A stretch of 64,000 nucleotides of DNA from Chloroflexia bacterium (GTDB lineage Bacteria; Chloroflexota; Chloroflexia; QHBQ01; JADMIH01), in NCBI GenBank assembly GCA_035274425.1, contig DATEOC010000031.1:1995-65994 (forward strand), read 5' to 3'. The notes beneath the pieces were generated by a model. It saw only the letters and a list, made by a program, of their open reading frames with translations. It had not been told where the DNA came from and ran no database searches. The stretch's first letter is position 1. The number at the start of each line of letters is the position of its first letter. A program made the translations under genes and the position numbers. Positions 46,623-56,692 of this stretch are shown piece by piece.

Positions 46623-47915
46623 TTATCGATTCTTGAACTTGGGGAAGAGGAAGGGGGGTATGTCGAGTTCATCGCCACTCTGCGGCTGGGATGGGCGGGC
46701 GGGCATGGCACGGGGGCCAGTGGAAGGTTGCTCAATAGGGCGGACCTGCGGGCCGGTCGAGGGCTGGGGCGATGGGGTATTACCGTCATTTGCAGGATAT
46801 GAGGGTGCGGGCTGCGCCTGGACCTGGGACTGGTGCGAAGAGGAGCCGTAGCCCTGGGTGTAATCGCGCTGGCTGTAGCTGCGGTGTACCTCGTTAGGGC
46901 GCCGTATCGAGTCGAAGCCGGTGGCGATGAGGGTGATTTTCACGTCGCTCCCCATCTCAGGGTCGATCACCGCGCCGAAGATGATGTTGGCGTCGGGGTC
47001 GGCGGCCTGCTGGATGACGGACGCGGCCTCATGTACCTCCAGCATACCGAGGTCTTGCCCACCTGTCACGTTGAAGAGGACGCCCTTCGCGCCTTCGATG
47101 CTGATTTCAAGCAAGGGCGACTCGATGGCCTGGCGGGCGGCGTCTATACAGCGGTTGTCGCCAGTGCCGCGCCCTATCGCCATGAGAGCCGAACCCGCCA
47201 TCTGCATGATGCTTTTAACATCAGCGAAGTCGAGGTTGATGAGGCCGGGGTCGGTGATAAGGTCGGAGATACCCTGGATGCCCTGGCGGAGCACGTCGTC
47301 GGCGATGCGGAAGGCCTCGTTAAGTGTGGTCTTCTTGTCAGCTATCTGGAGGAGGCGGTCATTCGGGATGGTGATGAGGGTGTCTACCTGCTCCTTGAGC
47401 GCGCTGATGCCCTCATCGGCTGCCGTGCGCCTGCGCGAGCCTTCAAAGGTGAAAGGCTTGGTGACGACGCCCACCGTGAGCGCGCCTATCTCGCGGGAGA
47501 TTTGGGCGATCACCGCCGAAGCGCCCGTGCCCGTGCCACCGCCCATGCCCGCCGTGATGAAGACCATATCGGCCCCTTTGAGAACCTCGAACAACTCTTC
47601 GCTCGTCTCGTCGGCGGCGCGGCGGCCTACGTCAGGGTTGCCGCCTGAGCCGAGGCCCTTGGTCAGCTTGTCCCCTATCCTGATGCGCGTGGGCGCTTCC
47701 GAATGCAGAAGAGCTTGGGCGTCGGTATTGACCGCGATGAAGTCAACGCCTTTCACGCCTGCCTGGATCATGCGGTTGACGGCGTTTGAGCCGCCGCCAC
47801 CCACACCTATTACCTTGATTTGAGCGAAATTATCCGCGGGTATGCCGTTGTCACGCCCCGTGCCGTACTGGATGTGCACAGGGCGGTTTGAGTTACCGCC
47901 GCCTGGTGGAAACAT
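46623..47915 (-). CDS. ftsZ: Cell-division GTPase FtsZ
   Basis: [10 protein letters not shown] tubulin signature; NTDAQAL; P/Q-rich C-terminal tail. Confidence 0.95.
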   Translation of the reverse strand: MFPPGGGNSNRPVHIQYGTGRDNGIPADNFAQIKVIGVGGGGSNAVNRMIQAGVKGVDFIAVNTDAQALLHSEAPTRIRIGDKLTKGLGSGGNPDVGRRAADETSEELFEVLKGADMVFITAGMGGGTGTGASAVIAQISREIGALTVGVVTKPFTFEGSRRRTAADEGISALKEQVDTLITIPNDRLLQIADKKTTLNEAFRIADDVLRQGIQGISDLITDPGLINLDFADVKSIMQMAGSALMAIGRGTGDNRCIDAARQAIESPLLEISIEGAKGVLFNVTGGQDLGMLEVHEAASVIQQAADPDANIIFGAVIDPEMGSDVKITLIATGFDSIRRPNEVHRSYSQRDYTQGYGSSSHQSQVQAQPAPSYPANDGNTPSPQPSTGPQVRPIEQPSTGPRAMPARPSQPQSGDELDIPPFLFPKFKNR

Positions 47916-48113
47916 CGCCTACCTCCTATCCCCCTTGGTCCGCCTGCCTCTGTAAAAGAAACTAGATAATTGCGGGTTGGTGTTGCGCCCCCACGATATG
48001 CTACTTAGTGTAAACAGTGCCTAACGTTAGATGATACACCATCAGGCAGCATAGTTCAAGGCTAAAACACCTCTAACAGCCATATTTTACGGAATTATGC
48101 GTACTGTTTTACC

Positions 48114-49493
48114 TCATCCATGAGGTAGGAACATTCTTAGCCACTTAGCCAACAGACCTTCACGCTCCTCCGCAACGTTGGAACGGCGCAGCTGAGGACC
48201 CGTTCCAGGTGAGGCAACGCTGCCCGCATTCTCCTTCGCTCCCCACAGGATGAGACCGACGCTGGTGGCGTACATAGGGCTGTCGAAAGCGTCTGTAAGG
48301 CCGCCTATCTGGCGAGGGCGACCTACGCGTGCTGGCATCCGCAACTTGCGAGATGCCACGGAAGCGATGTTCGGCATGGAGGCGACTCCACCCGTCAGCA
48401 CTACACCTGCGGGAAGCATACCATCATAGCCACTCCGGCGTATCTCGTCGCCCACGAGGCCGAAGAGCTGGTCCAGGCGCGCTGCCATAACTGCGTTTAG
48501 CTCGTCACGTGGTATGCGGCTCGGCTTGCCCTCGAAGGTCTGGGTCTCGAGCATCTCGGAGTGCGGAGTGCGGAGTGCGGAGTGCGGAATTTCCGTGCTG
48601 CCTTCTGCGTGACCGTTAGACTCGATGCGCCGTCCGGCACTCTGTGTATGAGCTTTGACTTGGGCGGGTTGGGGCTTGGGGGCTTGCATTTCCGAGGGAG
48701 TCTGAGCTTCGCCGTATTGTAGCTTCAGCGCCTCCGCAGCGTCGAACGGGATGTTGAAGACGAGCACGAGGTCGTTGGTGAGCTGCCAGCCCCCTACCGG
48801 GATTATGCGGCTGTGCCACACCGACCCCTCCACGTAGATGGAGATGTCGGTGGTGCCATGCCCGATGTCTACGAGAGCCACGCCCAAGTTCTTCTCCTGC
48901 TCGGTCAGAGTGGCCTCCGCCGAAGCGAAAGGAGATAGCACCAGGTCGTCCACCTCTACATCGGCCTTCTGCACGCAGCGTATGAGGTTCTCGCGGACGT
49001 TGCTGCCGCCCGTCACAACGTGGGTCTCGACGTCGAGGCGAAAGCCCGAAAGGCCGAGAGGGTTGCGTATCCCCTCCTGCCCATCTACGGTGTAGGTGCG
49101 CGGGATGACGTGGAGCACATCGCGCCCTGCCGGGATCGCCATAGCGCGCGCCGCGTCTACGGCACGAGCAACGTCGTCCTGGCCTATGATGCGCTCAGGG
49201 TGGGACACCGCGACCAGGCCGCGGCTGTTGGTGGAGGAGACGTGGTTCCCGGAGATGGAGACGTAGGCCGACAGGATGCGGCAGCCGGACTGGCGCTCGG
49301 CTGCGTCGAGAGACGAGCCTATAGCGTTGCTGGCCTTCACGATGTCGGTAATCATCCCCTTCGCCACTCCCTCCGAAGCTACGGCTCCAACGCCCAAGAC
49401 GTTGAGCCTGTTGGGACCCGAGTCCGATTCCGCTACGACAGTGCATATTTTGTGCGTGCCGACATCAATGCCGACAATGATCTTGGTGGGCAT
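48114..49493 (-). CDS. ftsA: Cell-division protein FtsA (actin-like ATPase) with low-complexity insertion
   Basis: MPTKIIVGIDVGTHKICTVVAE; insertion ...IPHSALRTPHSEMLE... encoded by (ggagtgcgg)3 at 48555-48585. Confidence 0.9.
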   Translation of the reverse strand: MPTKIIVGIDVGTHKICTVVAESDSGPNRLNVLGVGAVASEGVAKGMITDIVKASNAIGSSLDAAERQSGCRILSAYVSISGNHVSSTNSRGLVAVSHPERIIGQDDVARAVDAARAMAIPAGRDVLHVIPRTYTVDGQEGIRNPLGLSGFRLDVETHVVTGGSNVRENLIRCVQKADVEVDDLVLSPFASAEATLTEQEKNLGVALVDIGHGTTDISIYVEGSVWHSRIIPVGGWQLTNDLVLVFNIPFDAAEALKLQYGEAQTPSEMQAPKPQPAQVKAHTQSAGRRIESNGHAEGSTEIPHSALRTPHSEMLETQTFEGKPSRIPRDELNAVMAARLDQLFGLVGDEIRRSGYDGMLPAGVVLTGGVASMPNIASVASRKLRMPARVGRPRQIGGLTDAFDSPMYATSVGLILWGAKENAGSVASPGTGPQLRRSNVAEEREGLLAKWLRMFLPHG

Positions 49494-49777
49494 GTGCGGT
49501 ATTTCGGGTAGAAGGCCTCCCCTTCTAACCTAGTTCCTCCTATCGTTTAGCTGGGAGGCCATTCTACTATCTCGTTGGTCTATTATAGCGCGCTTTGCAC
49601 ATTTTGTGGATAACAGTTCGAATAGTTATAGTTATATCTCCCCTTTTCCTCAATAACAATTACTTAATAATTGTACGAAAGCGTTATAAGCGGGTTGGCT
49701 AATGCAAAAACCCTTCTCGGCAAAAGATGATTTATTTCGGGAAGGAAACCATCTTATGTCGAGAAGAAGCGGGTGGG

Positions 49778-50563
49778 TTAGCGGAGGATGCTTGGGCGCT
49801 CGACGGAGCGTACGTCTAGCACGCTCCAGGGTTGGTTGCGGGTGTAGTAATCGCGGACAACGGCCTGCACCAGCTTCATCTTCTGGTCGAGTTTCTCGCC
49901 GGTACCGAACTCGATGCGCCCGCCCGTTACGGTGATCGCGGTGATGCCGTTGTTGGGTGCCCACTCCATCTGCCGTAGATCGATGCCTGCGGCGGCGGGG
50001 AGGGTCAGATAAATCTGCTGGGCGGTGTCGGAGGCGTCGGCTTTGTGGACGGGCATCGGCTCGCCTATCTTCAGAGCGTCGGTCATTGGCCCCCTGTCGA
50101 AGATAGTAACGAAGCCATCGAGCGTGGTTGCCTGGCCCACCACTACATGATCGTCGCTCGCCAGCAAGGGTGTGCCGTCTCCGATGACCCACACGGTAGC
50201 GGGGCGGCGCTCCTGGACGTGGATGATGACATGATTGGGCAGGAGCGTCTCTACCGTTACCCCTTTGAGGAGAGCAGCCTTCTCCGCCAGGCGCGCCTGC
50301 ACCTCGGAGGGGACGATGGTGAAGATATTCTGCCCCTGGACGCCCGCTATGGCGTTGGCCTGCTCGACGCTCAGCACTTTGCTCCCCACCACCGACACCG
50401 ATTGCACGATGTACTCAGGTGAGGTGGCAAACGACACGGCAGCCGCAGTCAGGAAAGCCAGCCCGACGAGGGCGAAGAAGCTCCCGCGCCGGATGTCCTC
50501 GTTGAAGAGCCGCCAGCCGGCCTTGCGATTTTGGATTTTGGATTTTGGATTTTGGATTTCCAT
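49778..50563 (-). CDS. ftsQ: FtsQ/DivIB (POTRA domain) cell-division protein
   Basis: Single TM plus POTRA (EYIVQSVSVVGSKVLS); N-terminal MEIQNPKSKIQNRK is encoded by the (ccaaaat)n repeat. Confidence 0.8.
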   Translation of the reverse strand: MEIQNPKSKIQNRKAGWRLFNEDIRRGSFFALVGLAFLTAAAVSFATSPEYIVQSVSVVGSKVLSVEQANAIAGVQGQNIFTIVPSEVQARLAEKAALLKGVTVETLLPNHVIIHVQERRPATVWVIGDGTPLLASDDHVVVGQATTLDGFVTIFDRGPMTDALKIGEPMPVHKADASDTAQQIYLTLPAAAGIDLRQMEWAPNNGITAITVTGGRIEFGTGEKLDQKMKLVQAVVRDYYTRNQPWSVLDVRSVERPSILR

Positions 50564-50666
50564 ACTTTGTTATTCACCGCAGAGGCGCAGAGTTTGCAGA
50601 GATTTTTGGGAATTATGCATTACGCATAATCTCACGCATCACGCATCACGTTTCACGTTTCACTCA
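50527..50666. repeat. Composite element: (ATTTTGG)5 + TTCACCGCAGAGGCGCAGAG + palindrome ttatgcattacgcataa + rc(GTGATGCGTGA)n; spans the ftsQ start to the ddl stop
   Basis: See modules above; both coding termini are overlapped. Confidence 0.7.
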
Positions 50667-51812
50667 CACACTCAGGTCGCTCCCCATCTCTTCCAGGGCG
50701 GCTTTGTTTCTTACCCGATCGTCGTGGCGCTCTATCGCGAGTTGGATGAGGCGGTCTACCAGTTCGGGGTAGGGGACGCCGGAGGCTTCCCATAGCTTGG
50801 GGTACATGGAGATGCGGGTGAAGCCGGGTATGGTGTTTATCTCGTTGAGCCAGACGGTCGAAAAGTCACGCGCTACGAAGAAGTCTACGCGGGCCATACC
50901 TGCCGCGTCTATCGCCTGAAACGCCTCCACCGACAGGCGGCGTACCTCTCCCGAGATGCTCGCAGGGAGATCGGCAGGGATTATCAGGTCGGAGTTGTCG
51001 TCAACGTACTTGGCGCGGTAGTCGTAGAACTCGTTGCCCGGCACGATCTCGCCCACAACGGATGCCTCCGGTGAGTCGTTGCCCAGCACGGCACACTCGC
51101 ACTCACGAGCGTCCATCCCCTGCTCTATAATCAGGCGGCGGTCGAAGCGGGCGGCCTCAGTTAGCGCGGGGGCGAACTCATCGGGGCCGTGTATCTTCGA
51201 GATGCCGACGCTCGACCCCATGTTGGCGGGTTTGGCGAACATCGGGTAGTCAAGTCTCTCTTCAACATCGCGCTGCGTGCGTACGGGGTCGCGCTCCCAA
51301 CTGGACCGGAGGACGCATACGTAAGGCACGACAGGCAAGCCACGCGAGATGAAGATGCGCTTCATCGCGTCCTTGTCCATACCTACCGCCGAGCCTAACA
51401 CACCGGCACCCACGTAAGGTATGCCCGACAGCTCAAGCAGCCCCTGGATGGTGCCGTCTTCGCCGTAAGGCCCATGCAACACAGGAAATATCACGTCGAG
51501 CGGTTTGCCCGCCTTAGCCGACATCCCCTCGCTTTCGGGAGAGAAGTCTACTATCTCGGCACGCCCATCGCCGCTGGGGTCGGGAGTTAGCACCGAGCCA
51601 AGTAAGGGCACGTCGGGGTCTACGCCTGAGCGAAGGGTCTGCATTGGGTCGCCCGAAGTAAGCCACATGCCGCGCTTGGTGATGCCTACCGGCACAACCT
51701 CATATTTGGCAGGGTCCATCGCGGACATGACGCTTCGAGCCGAGGCAAGCGATACCTCGTGCTCGCTCGACTGTCCGCCGAATAATACGCCTATTCTGAG
51801 CTTGCGCGGCAA
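50664..51812 (-). CDS. ddl: D-alanine--D-alanine ligase
   Basis: RIGVLFGGQSSEHEVSLASA; ATP-grasp. Confidence 0.9.
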   Translation of the reverse strand: MPRKLRIGVLFGGQSSEHEVSLASARSVMSAMDPAKYEVVPVGITKRGMWLTSGDPMQTLRSGVDPDVPLLGSVLTPDPSGDGRAEIVDFSPESEGMSAKAGKPLDVIFPVLHGPYGEDGTIQGLLELSGIPYVGAGVLGSAVGMDKDAMKRIFISRGLPVVPYVCVLRSSWERDPVRTQRDVEERLDYPMFAKPANMGSSVGISKIHGPDEFAPALTEAARFDRRLIIEQGMDARECECAVLGNDSPEASVVGEIVPGNEFYDYRAKYVDDNSDLIIPADLPASISGEVRRLSVEAFQAIDAAGMARVDFFVARDFSTVWLNEINTIPGFTRISMYPKLWEASGVPYPELVDRLIQLAIERHDDRVRNKAALEEMGSDLSV

Positions 51813-51824
51813 CGTTTTCTCCCA

Positions 51825-51917
51825 GGGGTCGGGGAATAGGGGTCAGGGGCCTGTAACTGGAAAATGCTGGGCTTTGATTCCTACTCCCTGATCCCCGACC
51901 CCCGACTCCTAATCCCT
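51825..51917. repeat. CCGACCCC/GGGGTCGG module hairpin between cupin and ddl
   Basis: ggggtcggggaataggggtcagggg ... ccctgatccccgacccccgactcctaatccc. Confidence 0.6.
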
Positions 51918-52262
51918 CGCGTAATCATCTTCCAACCTTACAACATCCTCCAGGAATGGCGTGGAGACTTCCAGGAGGACCGCGTCTTCTATCGCCTCGA
52001 AGCGATGCACCGTTCCGGGGGGGATGTGGACGAACTGGCCCGGTCTCCAATCGTGGATAGCATCTCCGTAAGTCAGGCGGACCTTGCCTGAAAGGAGATA
52101 TAGGGTCTCCTCCTTGACGCGGTGCTTCTGGAGGCTGAGGCGATGCCCCGCCTTCACGTGGAGCACTTTTCCGGCGTAGTGCTCGGTGTGAGCATACCAT
52201 ATCTCGCGGCCCCACGGTTTTTCCACAACCTTAGGAGCCTCCAAAGGACTTTCCATTCTCAC
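51909..52262 (-). CDS. Cupin-domain small protein
   Basis: Two-His cupin motifs GHRLSLQKH...and HRFEA. Confidence 0.7.
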   Translation of the reverse strand: MRMESPLEAPKVVEKPWGREIWYAHTEHYAGKVLHVKAGHRLSLQKHRVKEETLYLLSGKVRLTYGDAIHDWRPGQFVHIPPGTVHRFEAIEDAVLLEVSTPFLEDVVRLEDDYARD

Positions 52263-52392
52263 CTCTATCTAACTCGCGTGTGCGGATTGGGCGGGAGATT
52301 TGCCCACAACCAGCCCCAATATTATATCGCACAGGCTCTGGGAAGCTAACCATACCTTACGCTTCACAGCTAGAGGAGGTTTTCCACAACCT

Positions 52393-52623
52393 GACGACGG
52401 ACGACGGAGTGATACGTGATACGTGATGCGTGAACGTTTAACCGCCAAGACGCCAAGAGCGCCAAGATACCGCCAAGATTTTTATGGATTAATAGATTAA
52501 GTTGCCTATCGTCTATCGTCTATCGTCCCTCATCACGTTTCACGTTTCGCGTATCATACCGTTGTCCGTTGTCCGTTGTCCGTTGTCCGTTGTCCGTTGT
52601 CCGTTGTCCGTCGTCTGTCGTCC
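52393..52623. repeat. Large composite hairpin: (GACGACG)n-(GTGATACGTGA)n-(CGCCAAGA)4 ... rc(GATAGAC)3-rc(GTGAAACGTGA)-(CCGTTGT)7-(CGTCGTCTGTCGTCC)
   Basis: Left arm 52393-52436, right arm 52505-52623; divergent-promoter region between the cupin and DUF2382 genes. Confidence 0.7.
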
Positions 52624-52696
52624 TTCGGTGCTATCTGGCACGAAAGCTGCTCTATGGGATTTGCCGAATTGAACACCATAGAGATAGGGGACAGGC

Positions 52697-53218
52697 ATGA
52701 ACAATAACCTGCCGGATGATAAAACGCGGCCCATACCCTTGGTCGAAGAGCAAATAGAGGCTGTTTACGCCGAGGAGAATGGGGCTTCAGCCAAGAGTTT
52801 ACCCGCGGTTGCTGATGCGGCTGTCGTGCAGCTACGAGCTGAAGAGTTAGTCCCTGTAAAGGAATGGGTAGAGACGGGGGCGGTGCTGATAAAAAAGGGA
52901 GTAGAAGCATACCCGCAGACAATCCCCGTAGAAGTCCTGCACGAAGAGGTACACGTCGAGACCGTTCCAGCGAACAGGGTGCTGGCGGAAGGCGAAGTGG
53001 CTACGCCTCGCCAGGAGGGAGACGTGCTAATCATACCGGTCGTGCATGAGGAGCTGGTTGTCGTCAAGCGTTACGTCGTGCGCGAGGAGCTGCGCGTCAC
53101 AAAGGTGCGCGTAGCGGGTGTTCAAGAGGTGAGCGGCAGGGTACGCCGCGAGAACGTTAGCCTGGAGACGACAGGCAATGCGAAGATCCTGGCGGACGAT
53201 AATCTGCCCAGGGCCTGA
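52697..53218 (+). CDS. YsnF/DUF2382-repeat stress-response protein
   Basis: Two L.L.EE.L.V.K..VE.G.V...K-type repeats (EELVPVKEWVETGAVLIKK; EELVVVKRYVVREELRVTK). Confidence 0.7.
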   Translation: MNNNLPDDKTRPIPLVEEQIEAVYAEENGASAKSLPAVADAAVVQLRAEELVPVKEWVETGAVLIKKGVEAYPQTIPVEVLHEEVHVETVPANRVLAEGEVATPRQEGDVLIIPVVHEELVVVKRYVVREELRVTKVRVAGVQEVSGRVRRENVSLETTGNAKILADDNLPRA

Positions 53219-53316
53219 TACTTTTGTAGGTTTGTGCCGGGACCACTTCTGTGGAGGGCGCGGTTGCGGCGCGGATCGAAAATGGTCAAATCTTTATATC
53301 ACAACGATGAAAGGAC

Positions 53317-54117
53317 GTGAAATCAATGGCAAGCAACAATGAGAAGGTAGTAGGCGTTTTCCTCGATGAGTCTTACGCACAGAGGGCTTTGCAGGCACTC
53401 CAGGCCGCCGGGTATAGCGCCCAGGTGGCTGACGAGTCGGCAATCAAGGCGTTCAGGAACTCAGGCTTCCAGGATGAAGTAGTGAGCATGTACCAGAGCC
53501 GATACAACGAGGGGAATAGCATTCTCGTCGTCAACGGCGGAGGTCGCGGCGAGGACGCCCTGGGCATTATGCTGGAGAACGGGGCCGAGTACATCAACCT
53601 GTCGGACAAGAGCGGCGGCAACGGCCAGATGACTGCCCAGCAGTATGCCAGGCTGGATGCGGGGAGCCGCCAGTACGGGCGCTACAACGCCGATACGGGC
53701 CGCGCCAATACGGCTGAGGAGCTTCGAGTCCAGCTGCATCGCGAGGAGCTTTCAGCCACCAAGACCTCACAGCAGGCGGGCGAGGTAGAGGTACGCAAGG
53801 TCGTGCACGAGCGTGAGCAGCAAGTGCCCGTGAGCCTGCGGCACGAGGAAGTGTACGTAGAGCGCCGCGCCGTGGACGAGCCCGCGAACCCCGACGAGAT
53901 ACGCGACATGCGGGACGAGGTAATTCGCGTGCCCGTCTACGAAGAGCAAGCCCAGCTACAGAAGCAGGCCCGCGTCACCGAGGAAGTGGCTATAGGGAAG
54001 CGCGCCGTTGAAGAGCAGCAGACCCTATCGGGCACGGTGCGACACGAGCACGTAGAGATCGTGAATGACGGCAACGTGCAAGTCCATGGCGATGCGCAGG
54101 TAGATAACCCCGCCTAG
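53317..54117 (+). CDS. General-stress-protein-like N-terminal domain + DUF2382 (YsnF) C-terminal domain
   Basis: EELRVQLHREELSATKTSQQAGEVEVRKVVHEREQQVPVSLRHEEVYVERR. Confidence 0.7.
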   Translation: MKSMASNNEKVVGVFLDESYAQRALQALQAAGYSAQVADESAIKAFRNSGFQDEVVSMYQSRYNEGNSILVVNGGGRGEDALGIMLENGAEYINLSDKSGGNGQMTAQQYARLDAGSRQYGRYNADTGRANTAEELRVQLHREELSATKTSQQAGEVEVRKVVHEREQQVPVSLRHEEVYVERRAVDEPANPDEIRDMRDEVIRVPVYEEQAQLQKQARVTEEVAIGKRAVEEQQTLSGTVRHEHVEIVNDGNVQVHGDAQVDNPA

Positions 54118-54139
54118 CCTCTTCACAATCAAGAATTTT

Positions 54140-54178
54140 CTTACCAAAATGAGCGCCGCTGGCGCTCATTTTGGTAAA
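54140..54178. terminator. Bidirectional terminator
   Basis: cttaccaaaatgagcgcc gct ggcgctcattttggtaaag. Confidence 0.7.
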
Positions 54179-54187
54179 GGAAGACTT

Positions 54188-55180
54188 TTAGAAATCCCCA
54201 ATGAACTCGATCTCAGGCTCAAGCTCTATGCCGAACTGCTCTTTGACGCGGGCGCGAGCGAGGTCCATCAGGTGGCGCACGTCTGAGGCGGTGGCCCCGC
54301 CCAGGTTCATCATGAAGTTGGCGTGCTTGGGGGAGAACTGCGCCTGCCCATACCTCTCTCCCTTGAGGCCGGCCTGCTCTATGAGGTAGCCTGCGGATGA
54401 GCCCGGGGGGTTCTTGAAGGTGGAGCCTGCACTCTTGCCCTGGGGCTGCTTGGCCTGCCGCTCCTCAAGGTATGAGCGCATCCTGGCGTCGCACTCGCCT
54501 TGCGTGTCGCGGTGGAGGGTAATGTCGGCGCTTAATATCACTTCAGGAGGTGAGAGAGTACGGTTGCCGTGCGCTTTGAAGATGCTCGTGCGATAGCCGA
54601 GTTGCAACTTCTCGGTGGGCCACTCTTCTTTAACTCCATCGCGGGTGAGAACCTGGATGGAGACCATGTCATCCTTTAGCTCTTTGCCGTGCGCCCCGGC
54701 GTTGCTCACCACGCCGCCGCCGACGCTGCCGGGAACGCTGTTTGACCACTCCAACCCCGTCCACCCTTGCTGGCAGGTGAGGCGAGACAGCTTGCTGAAA
54801 AGCACCCCAGAATCGACACGCCACAGGCTCGTGCCGCCCTGACGCTCCTCGTGGGAGATGCCCTGCGACTTGTTGTGGATCACAAGTCCATTTATGCCGT
54901 AATCAGCGACGAGCATGTTCGTGCCATTGCCTATAACGAGGTAGGGTATATCGCTCTCCCTGGCGAAGAGTACAGACGCTACTAACTCCTCGGTGGTCGT
55001 TGCGGTGACGAATAGGGTAGCAGGGCCACCGATACGTAGCGAGTTGTGCTTACTCATCAACTCGTCTCGCGTCACCTTGAGACCAGTGGCCTCTTCAAGC
55101 TCGGCAGCCACGTCAGGTTGGAAGGTGATGGCGGCGCGCCTGGCGCTTGCTTGATTGTTTTTATTATTTGCCTGGTCCAT
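54188..55180 (-). CDS. murB: UDP-N-acetylenolpyruvoylglucosamine reductase
   Basis: FAD-binding LRIGGPATLFV; C-terminal GSTFKNP. Confidence 0.9.
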   Translation of the reverse strand: MDQANNKNNQASARRAAITFQPDVAAELEEATGLKVTRDELMSKHNSLRIGGPATLFVTATTTEELVASVLFARESDIPYLVIGNGTNMLVADYGINGLVIHNKSQGISHEERQGGTSLWRVDSGVLFSKLSRLTCQQGWTGLEWSNSVPGSVGGGVVSNAGAHGKELKDDMVSIQVLTRDGVKEEWPTEKLQLGYRTSIFKAHGNRTLSPPEVILSADITLHRDTQGECDARMRSYLEERQAKQPQGKSAGSTFKNPPGSSAGYLIEQAGLKGERYGQAQFSPKHANFMMNLGGATASDVRHLMDLARARVKEQFGIELEPEIEFIGDF

Positions 55181-55189
55181 ATCTGTATC

Positions 55190-56623
55190 TTATGGGATAT
55201 GTAAACTCTCTAGTATTGCCTCTCCCACTTTCCACACGTCGCCAGCACCCATCGTCAGCAGCACGTCGCCGGGACGCAGCTCGTCAAGCAAGGTGTTTGT
55301 AGCATCTTCCAGGGTTGGGACGAATGTGGCATTTTCTCCTGGCATTTTCTCGACGATGTGGCGGCCACTCATGCCGAGGGTGTCGCGCTCGCGGGAAGCG
55401 TAGATTTCGGTGACTAATATGTGGTCTGCGGCGCTCAAAGAGGATGCGAAGTCGTCCAGAAAGTCGCGGGTGCGGGTGTATGTGTGAGGTTGGAACAGGA
55501 CGACCAGGCGGTTGGAGGGGTAACGCTGGCGTGCGGCCTGCAATGTGGCGTCTATCTCCGTGGGGTGGTGGGCGTAGTCATCCACGACGGTGATGCCTTT
55601 GACCTCGCCCTTGACCTCGAAGCGACGACCCGCACCTACAAAATCGCCAAGCAATCGCGCCGCATCTTCAGCGGGCACACCCACTTCGACGCAAGCAGCT
55701 AACGCCGCGAGTGAGTTGAGGGCGTTATGCTTTCCAGGTATCTGTAAGGATACCCTGGTCAATTCCTCCCTATCTCGGAACGCTATATAGCTCGTACCAC
55801 CTTGCTCATTCGCCTCTATATTGCGCGCCTGCCAGGCTGAAGCGCCGTTTGTCCCATAAAATGGAGTCCTGTAGGGGAGGTCGCCATCAGCGCTGTGAGC
55901 AAATATAAGCCCTTCCAGGATGGCTCTGACGCCGTAAGCGTCATCGCAGAGTAACAATAGGCCCCCAGGGCGCACACTCAGAGCAAACTGCAAGAATGCC
56001 TGGTGGATAGCTAGATGGCTGCCGTAATACTCAAGATGGTCGCTCTCGACATTGGTGATGACGGCCACGTCGGGGCGCAGGTGGAGGAAAGAGCGGTCAT
56101 ACTCGTCCGCCTCTGCCACAAGCTCTTCGCCGGAACCCCAGTGCCCCCCCGGCCCCAACCCTCGAATGGTCCCACCGATCATGTACGAGGGGTCGCGTCC
56201 GGCTTTCGATAATATCCAGGCGATCATCGATGAGGTGGTGGTCTTGCCGTGCGTGCCTGCCACCGCGATGCCGCGTCGCAGGTCCATAAGCTCCCCAAGG
56301 AGGGCGGCGCGCTTTATGACGGGTATGCCACGCTCGTGGGCCGTAACAAGCTCAGGGTTATCGTCGGAGAGGGCGGCAGTCACTACCACGCGAGTAGCGT
56401 CGCCCAGGTTGTCCGCGCTATGCCCGATGTGGATGCGCGCACCACGCGCCTCAAGCTCCTCGGTAGCATCGGAAGCCGCCATGTCGGACCCCGAAACGGA
56501 CGCGCCCAGGTCAAGCAATGCAGAAGCAAGAGCGCTCATACCCGCTCCACCAATGCCGATGAAATGCCACGATTCCGAATTTTGAATTTTGAATTTTGAA
56601 TTTTGAATTTTGGGTGTGGTCAT
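55190..56623 (-). CDS. murC: UDP-N-acetylmuramate--L-alanine ligase
   Basis: HFIGIGGAGMSALA; GTHGKTTTSSMI. Its N-terminal MTTPKIQNSKFKIQNSE is encoded by the (gaatttt)n repeat. Confidence 0.9.
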   Translation of the reverse strand: MTTPKIQNSKFKIQNSESWHFIGIGGAGMSALASALLDLGASVSGSDMAASDATEELEARGARIHIGHSADNLGDATRVVVTAALSDDNPELVTAHERGIPVIKRAALLGELMDLRRGIAVAGTHGKTTTSSMIAWILSKAGRDPSYMIGGTIRGLGPGGHWGSGEELVAEADEYDRSFLHLRPDVAVITNVESDHLEYYGSHLAIHQAFLQFALSVRPGGLLLLCDDAYGVRAILEGLIFAHSADGDLPYRTPFYGTNGASAWQARNIEANEQGGTSYIAFRDREELTRVSLQIPGKHNALNSLAALAACVEVGVPAEDAARLLGDFVGAGRRFEVKGEVKGITVVDDYAHHPTEIDATLQAARQRYPSNRLVVLFQPHTYTRTRDFLDDFASSLSAADHILVTEIYASRERDTLGMSGRHIVEKMPGENATFVPTLEDATNTLLDELRPGDVLLTMGAGDVWKVGEAILESLHIP

Positions 56624-56692
56624 GAAGCAATCTGGCTCGCCCGCGAAATCTCACTCCCAATTCAAAATTGAGAATTAAGAATTCAAAATTCC
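56575..56692. repeat. (GAATTTT)n / (AATTCAAAATT) inverted hairpin spanning the murC start
   Basis: ccgaattttgaattttgaattttgaattttgaattttggg ... cccaattcaaaattgagaattaagaattcaaaattcc. Confidence 0.7.

Noticed and set aside
52560-52620. Possible CRISPR array, from the regular short direct repeats such as (ccgttgt)7
   Set aside because: Repeats are only 7 nt, contiguous with no unique spacers, and paired with inverted copies. These are microsatellite-like modules, not CRISPR.
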